From NCBI RefSeq assembly GCF_009914755.1, contig NC_060935.1: a stretch of 64,000 nucleotides of DNA, one strand, 5' to 3'. A program made the position numbers and the translations under genes. The DNA comes from the human T2T-CHM13v2.0 reference genome, Homo sapiens. Within the stretch, counting starts at the first letter, position 1. Each line of letters begins with the position of its first letter. Shown piece after piece: positions 25,801-39,725 of this stretch. The notes under the pieces were generated by a model that was not told the DNA's origin, did no database searches, and saw only the letters and a list, made by a program, of their open reading frames with translations.

Positions 25801-26141
25801 AATAGATAAAGCAAGTGGTGCCATCCGCTTGAGCAAAGAGCTTGATTATGAGAAACAGCAGTTCTATAACCTTACTGTGCGGGCCAAAGACAAAGGGCGG
25901 CCTGTCTCTCTGTCATCTGTTTCCTTTGTTGAGGTGGAAGTGGTGGATGTCAATGAAAACCTCCACACTCCCTATTTCCCAGACTTTGCTGTTGTTGGAT
26001 CTGTAAAGGAAAACTCACGCATTGGAACAAGCGTGCTGCAGGTGACTGCTCGAGATGAAGACTCCGGAAGGGATGGAGAGATCCAGTACTCCATCAGGGA
26101 TGGCAGTGGTCTTGGAAGGTTCAGTATAGACGACGAGAGTG
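22850..26141 (+). CDS. FAT3: FAT atypical cadherin 3, first coding exon (signal peptide + cadherin repeats EC1-EC9 and first half of EC10); CDS continues in exons beyond this window
   Basis: ATG at 22850 (gtgATGg) starts [32 protein letters not shown]. Repeated cadherin motifs ([47 protein letters not shown]; DRE/DYE/DFE; AxDxG). Polypyrimidine/AG acceptor at 22831-22832 and GTAAGT donor at 26142-26147 (phase 1, 3292 coding nt). The ORF-track extension to 26209 is intronic read-through. Confidence 0.97.
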
Positions 26142-27140
26142 GTAAGTGTAATATTTTGTGCCAAGAGTGTTGTTTCACCTCTTTTAAATGGTCAACAGTG
26201 GAAAAGTAAAGGGATGTTAGGACACTAAAATAGAATGACAAATGAGGTTGCATTTGGTGCAGAGACGACGCACATAGATGCTTTTTCTTAGGATGTTCTG
26301 GTTTGTTAGAAGATCTGTTTATAAACTAACAGCTGTGGTTTCCAGTGGGAGTCCTGGTTTGTTTTGTTTTGTTATTTTCTTGCTCAGCACTATTGCTACC
26401 AGGTCATCTTTTGATAAGCCTAAGTAATTGTCACTTCTGTTGATTGTACTCCTGACCCTCTCTAAATGAAGGACTCTGATAAAGTAAATTACATTTGAAT
26501 TGGCTTTAAGTTAGAAGTGTGAAATGGATTTTCAAATGGATCTTATATAGGAATCTTTCCCTTTACAGTAAGGCTTTGCAGAAGTGATATTGCATTAGTT
26601 GCTTGGTCTTTTATCTTTCATGGGTTCATCTGGTCCTTGAATGATGGGCATTTGCACTCTGTAGCTCCATTAATATAAGGAGGTGTGCTTCTACAAATGT
26701 TTTCTTAATGGAATAAATGAGTCTTGCTATGAATTTTATTTATAAAAATTGATTTTAAGAATTTATTTGTAAGGAGATATTTACAAAACATTAAAAAATA
26801 TGGGGCAACATTGTTCCAGTATTTTCATCGCTTCTGACTTACTTTTTAAATTATTCATTCATAGATACAGATACAGGTTTTTTAAAATACTTGTTATTGT
26901 CGCTATTTGTCTTTAAAATGTTCATGTGCCTGGACACATGCATCTCTTTGTGTATGTGTGTGTTTCTGTTCCTTTGTTAGCACTGTGCATTTTTCTAGAT
27001 TTTAGATTGTAGACATCTCAAGTGAGGGCCTGTGTCTTCCCTGTCTTGTTTAAATGGTAATATTAGCACCTTACCATTTTCAGAGCACATTTACATACAT
27101 TAGATACTTGTCCACAATATTTGTAGAGTGCTTTTTTCCC

Positions 27141-27500
27141 CTTAGTCAGCTCAAGCTGCTATAGCAAAATACCACAGACTAGGTAGTTTAAACAACAGAC
27201 ATTTATTTCTCATAGTTCGGGAGGCTGGAAGTCCAAGATCAGGGCACCAGCACAGTCAAGATGAAGGCCTTCTTCTGGGCTTGCCAACTACCAACTTCTT
27301 TCCATGTCACATGGCAAAGAGAGCAGGCTTTGGTGCTTTTCTTCCCGTAAGGGCACTAATGCCATCATTAAGGCTGTACCCTCATGACCTCATCAAAACC
27401 TAACTTCCTCCCAAAGACTCTATCTCTATATAGCATCACATAGGGGGTTAGGGCTTCAGAGTATGAATTTGTAGGGGACACATACATTCAGTTCATAACA
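27141..27500 (-). mobile_element. MLT1A-type MaLR solo LTR
   Basis: cttagtcagctcaagctgctatagcaaaataccacagact..ggaggctggaagtccaagatc..cattcagttcataaca. Confidence 0.88.
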
Positions 27501-28623
27501 GTCCCAGTGATGATGATGATGATTAGAACAGGTGGTAGGAAGGTATCACTATAGACATACTAACTGTATATCCACAATACCAGAAAAAATGATTTAAGAA
27601 ACTATATTAAATATTAGGTAGCAAGAAAGCTACATGTACCATCTCAAGTTTAAACTATAACTTTTGTATACATAGGCTCTAATTATGGCCAGTGTAAATT
27701 ATAAAATTGGTCTCCGTGGCTATAGTAGATTAAAAAGTCTATATTAGGAAATTTCACCCCTGACTTTGCCACATACTGTATGTTATTATGTATTCCTTAT
27801 AATTTAGTTGGAATATATTTCTGCCTTTTAAGCACAAAATGATAAAAGAGGGGAACTAGCCTTTACTGAGTGCCTACTCTGTACTAATACTTTACTACTA
27901 ATAACAATGAGTTCATCGAGTACTTACAATGTGCCAGACACTGTACAGAGGGTTTTATAGACAGATCTTATTTAATTCTTCCAACAGCACCATGAGCTGG
28001 GGCTGATAATTACCAACTCATGAACTGAGGTTCAGAGAAGACATAGAATGTGGAGCCTATTTTCAAACTTAGCTTTGTGTAACTGCAGTATACCTTGCTC
28101 TCACACATCTAAAGATAAGTTGGAATTTCCCTGCATGTACCCAACTACACTGAAATTTGGTGTTGAGCTAAAATCTGTAAGTCAATAAAGTATTAAACAG
28201 GTTTCAAAATCCTTGCAACCCTGGACTTATTGACTAATGGTGCTGGTCATTGATTAACCTTCCTGTTTTCTTTATAGCCCCATTGTTTATATGGCTCTCC
28301 AGTGATGAACTTAGCTTTGAGACTCAGGTAAATGTGGATAGGTAGGTCATAGGAAAAGTATGAGCTGAATCATTCACCACTGCTATACAGATGACTACAT
28401 CAAGCCATACTGAGGTTTTTTTCTTTTTTTTTTAAAATCAGGAAGTTGCATTTTGGTTTACCTGATACAGTGAAAAGTTGGAACAATTTGGTATTAGTGG
28501 CCTAGATTTTCCCACAGGTAACTTGCTACAGTGTTTCTACCTTGGGTGTTATTTAGAAAAGATACGTATCTGCATTTGCTCCATTGTATTCTGAATTATA
28601 TATATATTAAAAAAACTTTTATT

Positions 28624-28946
28624 GGTCAGTCATGGTAGCCTATGCCTGTAATTCTAGCACTTTGGGAGGCCAAGGCAAGTGTATCTCTTGAGCTCAGGAG
28701 TCCCAGACTAGCTTGGTCAGTATGGTGGAATTCCTAAAAAAAAAAAAAAAATACAGAAAATTATCTGGGTGTGGTGGTGCACGCCTGTAGTCACAGTGAC
28801 TCAGGAAGCTGAGGCAGGAAGGAGGATCACTTGAACCCAGGAGGTCAAGTCTGCAGTGAGTGGTGACCACACCACTGCACTCTAGCCTGGGTGACAGAGT
28901 GACACGCTGTCTTAAAAAAATAATAATTAAAAATAAAAATAAAAAC
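28624..28946 (+). mobile_element. Alu (AluJ-like)
   Basis: Diverged dimeric Alu; TSD aaaaaacttt. Confidence 0.93.
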
Positions 28947-29737
28947 TTTTGTCATCAATGATACTAATGCCACTTACATTTTGACATTGCTTTGTGACTT
29001 AAAAACCTCTTTCCTATAAACATTAACTCCTTTGAGTTGAAGAGTAGCTAAGTGAGTTTATAAGGTCACATAGGCTTTAAAGGATATAAGCTGTATCTTG
29101 AACCCACATCTCCTCAATCCTAATCCATTGCCCTTTCCTTTCAATTCTTTCATGTTTCTGATGTTTTTTCATAGTTTTAAAATTATAGTAGCAATGTCTT
29201 TCCTCCTTTATTATTTCATTCTGTTCCCTTCTCTTAGAAAACACAACTGGGTTTTTTCTCTGTATTACAGGAAAAAAGGTTTGGGCTTGTTGAGATTTTT
29301 TTTAAGAAGACTAGAGTGTCCATACAATCTTAACCATCTTTCTTTCTCTCCTCTCAGCACTTGTAGATTTTAGAATCTAAGCCCAAGGAGCTGATGAGGA
29401 GTGACCATCTGGATTTGTTTCCAGGTGGTGCTAACACTGAAGAGAAGTTTGGCAATTGTATGTTCAATAAGAGAAGGTGTCACCTTGGTGCCACTGAATT
29501 TTTACTACTGTTGAATGATCCATCAATTTTTTGCTTCCAAGTGCTAAAAAAAATATGGTTTGAGTTGCCAGCAGAATGAAAAGCTGTTTAGCCCTGTAGC
29601 CATTACTGAGTCTCAGGTCTAGACTCTGTTGTCTTTATTTAACCTGTGGGCATAGAATGGCCTAGACTTGCTTGGATTTAAGTCTTTTAAAACCTTTAAG
29701 TTGGCTGACAAAGATTACCCAAGTGTTTGCATTGGTT

Positions 29738-29912
29738 AGCAGCTCTCAAACTTAGAGTACACATGAGTCATCTACAGGGTTTGTTAACAAATGCAGATTC
29801 CCAGGCCAAATTCCCAATTATCGTCATTCAGTAGGTCTGGAGTGGGAGCCCGGGAATCTTCATTTAGGCTTTTCAAGCATTTCCTCCTCATGTGGTTTGC
29901 AAACACTACCCT
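29738..29912. mobile_element. MER5A-type MITE
   Basis: ctctcaaactt..aatgcagattcccaggcc..ttcagtaggtctggagtgggagcccgggaatct. Confidence 0.75.
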
Positions 29913-30218
29913 AAATTTACTTGAGCTCCTCAGACAGTGGCTACCAGATTATATATATCTTTTCTGTAAAATATTTTTTCTTAGTTTTTTAAAAGGCAGA
30001 TACTTGAGCTCATGTCTTAGATAAATTTCTTTTCTAGTCAAATTTTACAATTCAAATAATCTTTTATTATTTATTAGTGGTGATATTTTTCTGAATGCCT
30101 TCCGAATGGATAAAAATCTATTTCTATGCTTCAGTAATTGTAGTGCTTAATGTTTTGTGGAAGTGTGTATGCTGGGATTAGTTGATACATTTAGTAGTTT
30201 TATGTTCTTGACTTTCTT

Positions 30219-31164
<946 letters not shown>

Positions 31165-31719
31165 TAGTCTGGAAGATGCAATTTAATCGTATTTTTCCTT
31201 CACAAAGAATGCATTCTTATTCTTTGACACAACAGGGATTCATATTTTTGACTACTCAGAGGTTTTACACCATTTTAGAAAGAGCACAGTATATATCTCA
31301 AAATGTAATTTTCTATAAATATTTTGGAAGGTACAAACTTGATCAATGGTTTCACCCTTTCTATTTATCTGGTTAATTAAAGAAATATTTAATTGAGATG
31401 AAAAATTTCCAATTGGCACTTTAATCATGGATAATTGGGAAGATATTTTGCCATCCTTTATTACTAATTGGATTATTTCTTCCAGTTATCAAGTACCTAT
31501 TATGTGCCAGGCACTGTGCAAGGTACATTTTAGGTACTATTTGTAATTGTCACAGTAATGCAACAAGGTAGGGATCACTGAGGCTTGCCCAGACAGGGTC
31601 ACACATCTGGTAGCTGTTCAGAGCTGAGATTTGAACTCTAGTGTAATGGACTCAAAATTTCATGTTATTGTCCTTCTTTTCCAGTCCAGCATGCCATCAT
31701 AACCTTGTTACACATATGT

Positions 31720-32495
31720 ATTTGTCAGATTTTTCTGGGTTATTGCTATATAACAAACAATTGTGAAACTTCACTGGCTTATGGAAATATTTTTTTCTTG
31801 CCCCAGACTCTGGGGGAACAGCTGAAACAGCACTGTGGCAGACTGGATTGACTTAGGATCTGATCCACATGTCTTTTCATTCCAGAACCCAGGCTGAAGG
31901 AGTACTCACTATCTGGGATATGATGTTCTCAAAGTGAGAGGCAGGAGCTCAAGAGGGCTGGTGCAAACTTGCAGTGCCTCTTAAAGTATCTATTCAAAAC
32001 TGGCTCACTTTCCATTGGCCAAAGCAGGTCATGGGGCCAAACTCAGCACTGTGGAGCAGAAAAGAATATTCCTTGTTATGTCCTAAATGTTTGTGCACCC
32101 CTCCCCCACCCCTCATAGCTCATGTTAGAACCTAATAACAAATGTATAGTGTTAAGAGGTGGGGCTTTTGGGAAGGGATTGAATCACGAAGATTCCACCC
32201 TCGTGAATGGGATTAATGCCCTGATAAAACAGGCTCCAGCTAGCTCCCCTGCTCTTCTGCCATATGAGGACACCTAGCAGGCAGCATCTGTGAGGAGCAA
32301 GCCCTCTCCAAACACTGCTGGCACCTTGATGTTGGACTTCCCAGCTTCTAGAACTGTGAGCAATATATTTCTGTTGCTTACAAATTACCCAGTGTAAGGT
32401 TGTAAGGTTTTTTTTTTTATAGCAACTTAAACTGACTATGACACTCCTCCAACAGGGGAAAGGGAGAGAGGAGTGAATAATTACTGAACAATAGA
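31720..32495 (-). mobile_element. Older MLT1 (J/K-like) LTR interrupted by MLT1A
   Basis: ttgctatataacaaac..gaacccaggctgaagg..ccattggccaaagcaggtcatggggccaaactc. Confidence 0.55.
32074..32443 (+). mobile_element. MLT1A-type MaLR solo LTR
   Basis: TG..CA ends, gctggcaccttgatgttggacttcccagcttctagaactgtgag; 5-bp TSD ttcct/ctcct. Confidence 0.88.
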
Positions 32496-33094
32496 ATAGC
32501 ATGACATAGCACGTGACAGCTCTCACAATTGTCTTCATAAGCTTACATTAATCGAGCACTGCCTATGTGTAAGGCACTGCACCAGGCACTAGTGACACAA
32601 ACAGGCAGAAGTGTAAGAAATGGGTATCTGACAGGTCAGAATGCAGATGCAAGAGATGATGCTGGTAACAGTGGCAGCAGTGGTTAACATCTACTGAGCA
32701 CCATCTGTTTGTGTGCCAAGTTCTGTGCACACTGCTTTAAACAGATGGTCTCATTCAGTCATCCCAGGAGGTATGGACAGTTATTTTCTTTTTTTTCTAT
32801 ATCTGGTGTTATGAGGAAAGACTCACAGGCCCGTGCCTATGCATTTACATTTACCTTTCTTTGCACTGAGGCTCTTGAAACATTTCTCCAGCATATCTGA
32901 GCACAGAATGCTCTTTATTCCAAATGTTTTGATAGACCTAGCAGAGACTTAGGAGACCTAATGTACACTTTGAATTCAGATAGACAAACCGAAAAGGTAT
33001 TTGAGACACATTAATTACTGTCAAGCTAATTTCTATATATTGTGAACAGATTATTCCAATAATAAATAAGTATAACTTTATAATCGTGTTCAGA

Positions 33095-33487
33095 GTTGGG
33101 CTAACTCTCTCCCATTTGCCTCTCTGATCCATTCTCACTCTTCTTTCTGCTCTGTGCCCAGAGGCTTTTTGGCCAGTGGGCTCTTTTGCTGTCTGACATC
33201 TCTTGGTTCCACCAATGGGAACCTAAGAAAGAAGGAGAGCCAGGTCAGGATATTCATCCCTTTGACTCTTTCTACACTGGTTACTGTGGGCTGGATGCAT
33301 CCCTCCACAGATGGGTGGAACAGTTCCTTGCTGTTACTAGCCCTAGATTACGACACTATTTTTGTTTTGTTTTGTTTTACTTCTTTAAACTCTGCCCACT
33401 CCTTTGTAAATAGTCTATTTATTAAATGTTCCTCATTACCCAGTTTGAGTGTGCCATCTGTTTTCTGCCAGGACCTTGACTGATAAA
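33095..33487 (+). mobile_element. ERVL LTR (LTR33-like)
   Basis: 3' end tttgagtgtgccatctgttttctgccaggaccttgactgata preceded by ATTAAA. Confidence 0.6.
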
Positions 33488-35714
33488 ATATTTTTCTTAT
33501 TTAAATATTTCTAAAACAGATTTTAAGTTTTAAAATATTTTGAATACTGATATTTTCTAGCAATCTCTACTGCAGTTTCTGTAATACTGCTTTGATGTGT
33601 TGGTACATTTCAGTACCAACAGTAGAGAGATAATAATTATCCAATGCTTTTTTAACAAGGTAAGAAAGTGAAACCAGAGGACTGTATCTTCCCATCTAAC
33701 TTATGCTCTCCACATCTTTTCTACCATAAAAGAACAACTTTTGTTTTGCTAAAGAACCTGTGTCCTCAGACAGAAAAAAGAGGGGTTTGGCCGATGGTAG
33801 GGTACCAGGATCTTTCAAGCTCTCAAACATTGTGATGCTGTACTTTGATCTTCTAGAGGGAGAAGGATTTATTTCAGCTGGTGGCCAAGGAAAGAATAAA
33901 GGCAAACAATTGAGTAGCTTTTATTTATTTAGTTCAATTGAAGAACTGTTCACTAGCTGCCAGTGCTGAGTCTAATATTCTTTGTCCAAAGCCTCTAATC
34001 ATCATAGTCAAGAGTGGGTGAGTGAAAACCAAGAAATGGAAGAGCTGTATTGTTTGAAAAAATGAGGAGCTCTTTGTCATTGAAGAAACCATTAGCTTCA
34101 GCCCAGATATTTAAAAGGGTGATTAATTCCTATAGTAGCATATCTCTTGCATAATGTAATATAATATAAACTTCCTTTGTCTCATATTCAGAAGCACCAG
34201 AAATCATATTTTATCTTATAGCTGGTTGTTAATCTTTCCAACTTCTTTTTCCCAAACTTGCCTGGCAACTTCTCTTTGACATGTTGAGGAATAAGACAGA
34301 TGTTATTTGGTGGCTTTGGTTTAATTCATGACAAATCCAGACTAAATGGCATCCCTGTCCTCATTCTTTTTTTGAGATGATATTTTTACTCTCGCCCATC
34401 TAAATCAAAAGAGGCTTGTTGCATTTTGGCCCAGGCTTGCCCTTAAATTTTCCCCATGAGACCTGAGCAAGCAAGGGAGAGAAATGAAGTTATGATCAAG
34501 TGACAGCAGAAACTTTTCTTGGCTCTAGACTTTTTGACCATAATTATTTGAGAGAAAAAAAATAATGTTTCCCTGAGGAGTCCTGAACACTCCACAACAT
34601 TCTGATGAACTTTGTAGTTGTCATGTAAGCCAGGTGGGAGAAAGGATTAGAAGCTTCTGGAAAATAATAAACAGCATGTTTTTATTACTCTTTTCAGCAG
34701 GTGTCTTCTTCTTGACCTTTTTTTAACTGTGGGCTGAGGGCAATTTAGGTTTTAATAGAGGACTGTTGGTTCAAATCTGTAATTATGTCTTCATTGTGTA
34801 TCAGGCTTGAGCTGCTATTGTCTCTGTATAACTAGTAAATGATAAAAATAATGACAGTCATAAAGAGGTAATCCAAATAGGTTGGCAAACCTACAACCTG
34901 GAAACTTGTGTGGTCTTTTCTCTGTATGCAATCTTCCTTTTATATTTAATAATAGACATTTTCAATGGCTTACCGGCCCATCAGGTCAGGGTCCTCATTT
35001 CTCCAGTGCCAAGTGATGCTGTGTTATTTTTATTTCTTCAATTATCAAACAGTGAAATTTCAGAAGCCTAGTAAGCATAGATTACCAAAACTACGAGATG
35101 ATTGCTTCATATATTTGTGACTCTCCAGAAGGCAGTGGGATAAATTTATTGCCCTTCATGACTTCAGATAGCTTGCATCTCATTTCAGTCTTCTAAGAAT
35201 AGTTTTCTGCTAGTGTTTTGTACGCGCATTGAAAGATACTTTTATTTATCATTACAGTTGGAAGAATTATAGAGTTTGATAAATATTTATGTGATGCCAC
35301 TACATTCACAATGTTTCGTTGAAAAGAAAATGAAATGAAAATTAAAATGGGCTGTAGTCTGTATTTTTCACTTGCCAGTTTTTATGAAAGCATGTCTTAT
35401 CGACAGACAGAATCTACAAAGAGTTGTGTGTAGGATTCAGTTCAATTTATATTAAATTCTGGGCATTGGTATACAAGTTATTGAATATAATAGGACTCTC
35501 AAAATTTTCCCATTGGATGTTGTAGGACTTAGTGGCTCCTCTGGGCCACTCTTTGTGATTAAATTCACAGATTTTCATTTGCATAACATAGTTAATATTC
35601 TAGTTGGTTTTAAAAAGCAGTATACTGGTGAGAATAATACTGAGTAAGATAACAGATTGAATATGAAATGTCTTGAACTGAAAGTGATTAAAAGTTGAAA
35701 GAATTAAAATAAAA

Positions 35715-36221
<507 letters not shown>

Positions 36222-36311
36222 CTACTTCTTCCTTCTCTCATTTCCACATTTATCATGCACCTGTTCTCTGTTGTTATGGAGCTTTGCACTGAAGAGGATG
36301 TATAGATGATT

Positions 36312-38017
36312 TTTAATTGCATATCATTCCTTTATTATACTGATCTGGAAAAAGGATTTAGTACAGTTATGCTCAAATGAACACTGGGCCTGTGTGGCAG
36401 GGCCAAGCAACTAGAATATGATTCAGAAGTCAGTCAGTGAAAGACACACTTGGACAGGACCAAGAGGCATTTCACTGCCTTGAAACAAGGTGGGGGAGAG
36501 ATTCTAAAATACACAGCAGGAGGCACTCCTACCCCTCATAGGTCAAGGAGCTTATCCCATATTGGTGTGAAGAATGGCTTATTTTCTGATGACCACATGT
36601 GGGGCTATTTCAACTGCCATGAGAAACCCCAGAAAGGTTAGTGTTTTGGATTATTTATATACACTATACTTCTATAAAAGTAAATGTAACACATACACTA
36701 AAGTCAGGATTGATCTCAACCTGCTAGAGCCAGCTCTCTGGGGTGAGGGAGGAAGGAGTTGTTTGTCACATCACCATGCAGGTTGCATTCATCTTCCACT
36801 GGAGTGACTAGAGCTCCCAGGCAATGGCCTGACTCTGAAAAGCACAGGACTGGCTCTAGGAGCAGATCGGCTCTCTTGCATCTCCTTATTGGTCATGGCT
36901 TAGCATGGTTCCTCCCCACAAGTCCTTAGTAAACAAAGCACTGGCAAAAACCCAAGTCACTACCTTTCGACTCTCTTGGACAAGGAGAGCTTTTTCTCAG
37001 CTTGGACTGAGAACCTGTGCCCTAGAAGCATTATTCTGACTAGGTTGTAAAGAGAGAGGCTACAGGAGACAAAATGGCTAAAATGAAAATGGGAGCCACT
37101 GATCCCCATCTGCAGTTACAACTTAAGATGCTTACAGATGTGGTCAGTGTGACATGTCCAGGAGGGAGGTGCACAGGGGGATGTGACAGACAGGGAGGGT
37201 GCTCCTGGGGACAGTAGCTTGCCCGCCAGCCCTCACTTCTTGGCCTTACCCTCGGCAGCCGCAGCTTCCATGGCTTTACCGATCATCCCCCAAGAACTGC
37301 ATGCGCCTGATGGGCTTCAAGTCCTTGTCCAATTCATAGACAATGGGAATAACCAGTTGACAGGTTCAGCTCCATGATAGCCTCTTCAGAGACCTTCCAC
37401 ATGCTTGACAATGGTTGGAAGGCTGTTTCCATGGGCTGCAATCAGTACTCATTTCCCCTCCTTGATCTGGGGAGCTATTTCTTCATTCCAAAAGAGTAGA
37501 GCTCTGGTGGTAGTGTCCTTCAGATGCTCACAGGAAGGTAGCTGATCTTCAGTGAGGTCTGCATACCTGCCATCCTTACTGATGTTGCTGTAGAAAGGAT
37601 GGTTGGGCTTCATTAGAGGTGGTGGGACATCACAGGTGCACCTCCAGATCTTTACCTGGGCCTCGCCATGCTTTGCAGCAGTTTCTGCTTTATTGACTCT
37701 GGTCAGACACCCATAGTGCCCTTATTGAGGTGTCAAGTCCTCATTACTGGCAGCCACATCTGATCAATAACATCTAGCACTGTCCGGACGGTCCAGATCA
37801 CTCTCTTCTGCACTGAGGTGAAGCAGGTGTCAAATTCAGAGCCAGCGTCTCCCAGTGCCTGCCTGTAGCACTTTGCCTTCTCGTGGCCTGCTGGGCTCAG
37901 GTTGGCATTGTACCACCCACTGAAGCAGTTCTCCAGGTTCCACATGCTCTCTCTGTGGTGGATCAGCACCAGCTTGTAGGCAGCCATGGTGGCTGTCTGG
38001 GCATGTGGTGCCAACTG
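36312..38017 (-). pseudogene. PGAM1P9: Processed pseudogene of phosphoglycerate mutase 1 (CDS homology 37987-37233 plus full 3' UTR)
   Basis: [36 protein letters not shown] resembles the PGAM1 N-terminus; catalytic RHG changed to HHR, W->stop at 37733-37735, 1-nt frameshift just after. C-terminus ..GKAKK* ends at 37233. AATAAA at 36331-36336 (minus). TSD gtatagatgatt (36300-36311) / gtacagatgatt (38018-38029). Symbol from recall. Confidence 0.95.
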
Positions 38018-38050
38018 GTACAGATGATTAAATGAAGAACTGGTAGTAGA

Positions 38051-38389
38051 GGCTGGGCATGGTGGTGCACACCTGTAATCCCAGCACTTTGGGAGGCCAA
38101 AACAGGAAGACTGCTTGAGCCCAGGCATTCAAGATCGACCTGGGCAATATAGTGAGACCCTCTGTCTAAAAATAAATAAATTAATTAAAAAATAAATAAA
38201 ATAAATAAATAAGGTGGGCATGGTGGCACACTCACCTGCAGTCCCAGCTAGTGGGGCAGGGGAGGGCTAACATGGGAAGTTCACTTAAGCCTGGGAAATT
38301 GAGGCAGCAGTGAGCTATGATCATGCCACTACAATCCAGCTTGGATGACAGAGTGAGACCTTGCCTCCAAAAAAACAACAACAAAAAAA
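38051..38389 (+). mobile_element. Alu (AluJ-like) with expanded (TAAA)n linker
   Basis: TSD aactggtagtaga / aactgatagtaga. Confidence 0.94.
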
Positions 38390-38609
38390 AACTGATAGTA
38401 GAGACAGAAAAGCATGTAATCTAATTGTACACCATGTGGTACAACATAAATGAGTGTCTTCTACTGATCATTCATCATGTTCCCTGTGGCCTTAGGCCCA
38501 TCCTTCGGCATTGTGGGATGAGTTTTACAAATTCCAATTGGAGACATAACAGTATGAAGGATAACTAGAGCACTGAGGTGAGTTGATAATGCTATCTAAG
38601 CAAGGGTTA

Positions 38610-39330
38610 ATTGTCAAGGAATGCCTAATCCCAGAAATGAATCCCAGTTTTGTGGGGCTTGAAGTTCATACTATTGCGAATGCCTGCTTTGAGAAAAAGA
38701 ATAAGTTAGAAGAACAAAATTGTGTTTGTTTAGAACAAGGAAAACAATCACAGCAACTTAAAAGTTTGAAAGTCAACAAATATGACAGATACCACAAAAC
38801 TCAGAAGAATAACATAGTATTTTTTTAAATGTCTGACACACCTCTCTAATGTTTTTTTTCTTACATTTTTGGGTTGAAATTTTGCTTGATTGCCTTTCCC
38901 TAGGATAACAATTTTGTAATCATTGCCATAGAAAATAAGAAAGATTATTTAATTTTTCTCCAGTGTGGTTGACTGAAATTTGTGTTTTTTATTATTGAGA
39001 GTTTAGAACCATTTCTCCAAAGTCACAACTTGTTATTTTTAATGACATGCCAATTTTTAACATTGTGTAAAATTTGGAAAAACTTCTATCAAGTTTCTTT
39101 TTCATATAAACTTTTACAGATACTCTTGCTATTAATAATACTGCTGCAAGTCTGTGTTCCATAAAGAACAACAACAAAAAAACTAGTAATTTCTGTGTCT
39201 GTGAGTTTTGTCAACAAAAGAAAAAACTTACAGTGCATTTTTAACTTGTATGCTGCATCATCCAGGAGAGAACTTTCATTTTGTCTCTGTATGCAAGAAC
39301 CACATCTTCTAGTGACAAGTTTACATGTCT
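38610..39330. mobile_element. Probable old hAT-Tip100-type DNA transposon remnant
   Basis: ggggcttgaagttcatactatt..ctttgagaaaaagaata resembles Tip100-family subterminal sequence; extent uncertain. Confidence 0.35.
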
Positions 39331-39556
39331 AATCATTTGGTAGTTTTCCACAGAGTAGCTTCTGGCTCTGTTCATTTTAGCCTAATTTCTCCTCCAAAAC
39401 TGCTGTAATTCTAGTGCCACCCACCTCAGGTTATATTCATATGGTGGTACCAGTTTTTGTCTTAATTCCATGCTAAAATGCTGGGTGTCTCAGTGCAATG
39501 GATAGTGGGAGTGGTTTTGGAAGCCATTTCTACACTGGAATGGCTAACAACAGTAT

Positions 39557-39725
39557 GTTTGTGTGTATACATATATATATATATACACACATACACATAT
39601 ATATATACACACATATACACATATATATACACACACACATATATATATACACATATATATATACACACATATATATATACTGTTGTTAGCCATTCCAGTA
39701 TGTGTGTATGTGTATATATATGTAT
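39557..39725. repeat. (TA)n/(CA)n microsatellite associated with a 23-bp inverted repeat
   Basis: Directly visible; explains low-complexity ORFs 39462-39765. Confidence 0.95.

Noticed and set aside
22847-26209. ORF-track 1120-aa ORF as a complete single-exon gene
   Set aside because: It starts at GTG one codon before the real ATG and runs past the GTAAGT donor at 26142; no TM or cytoplasmic domain, so it is one exon of FAT3
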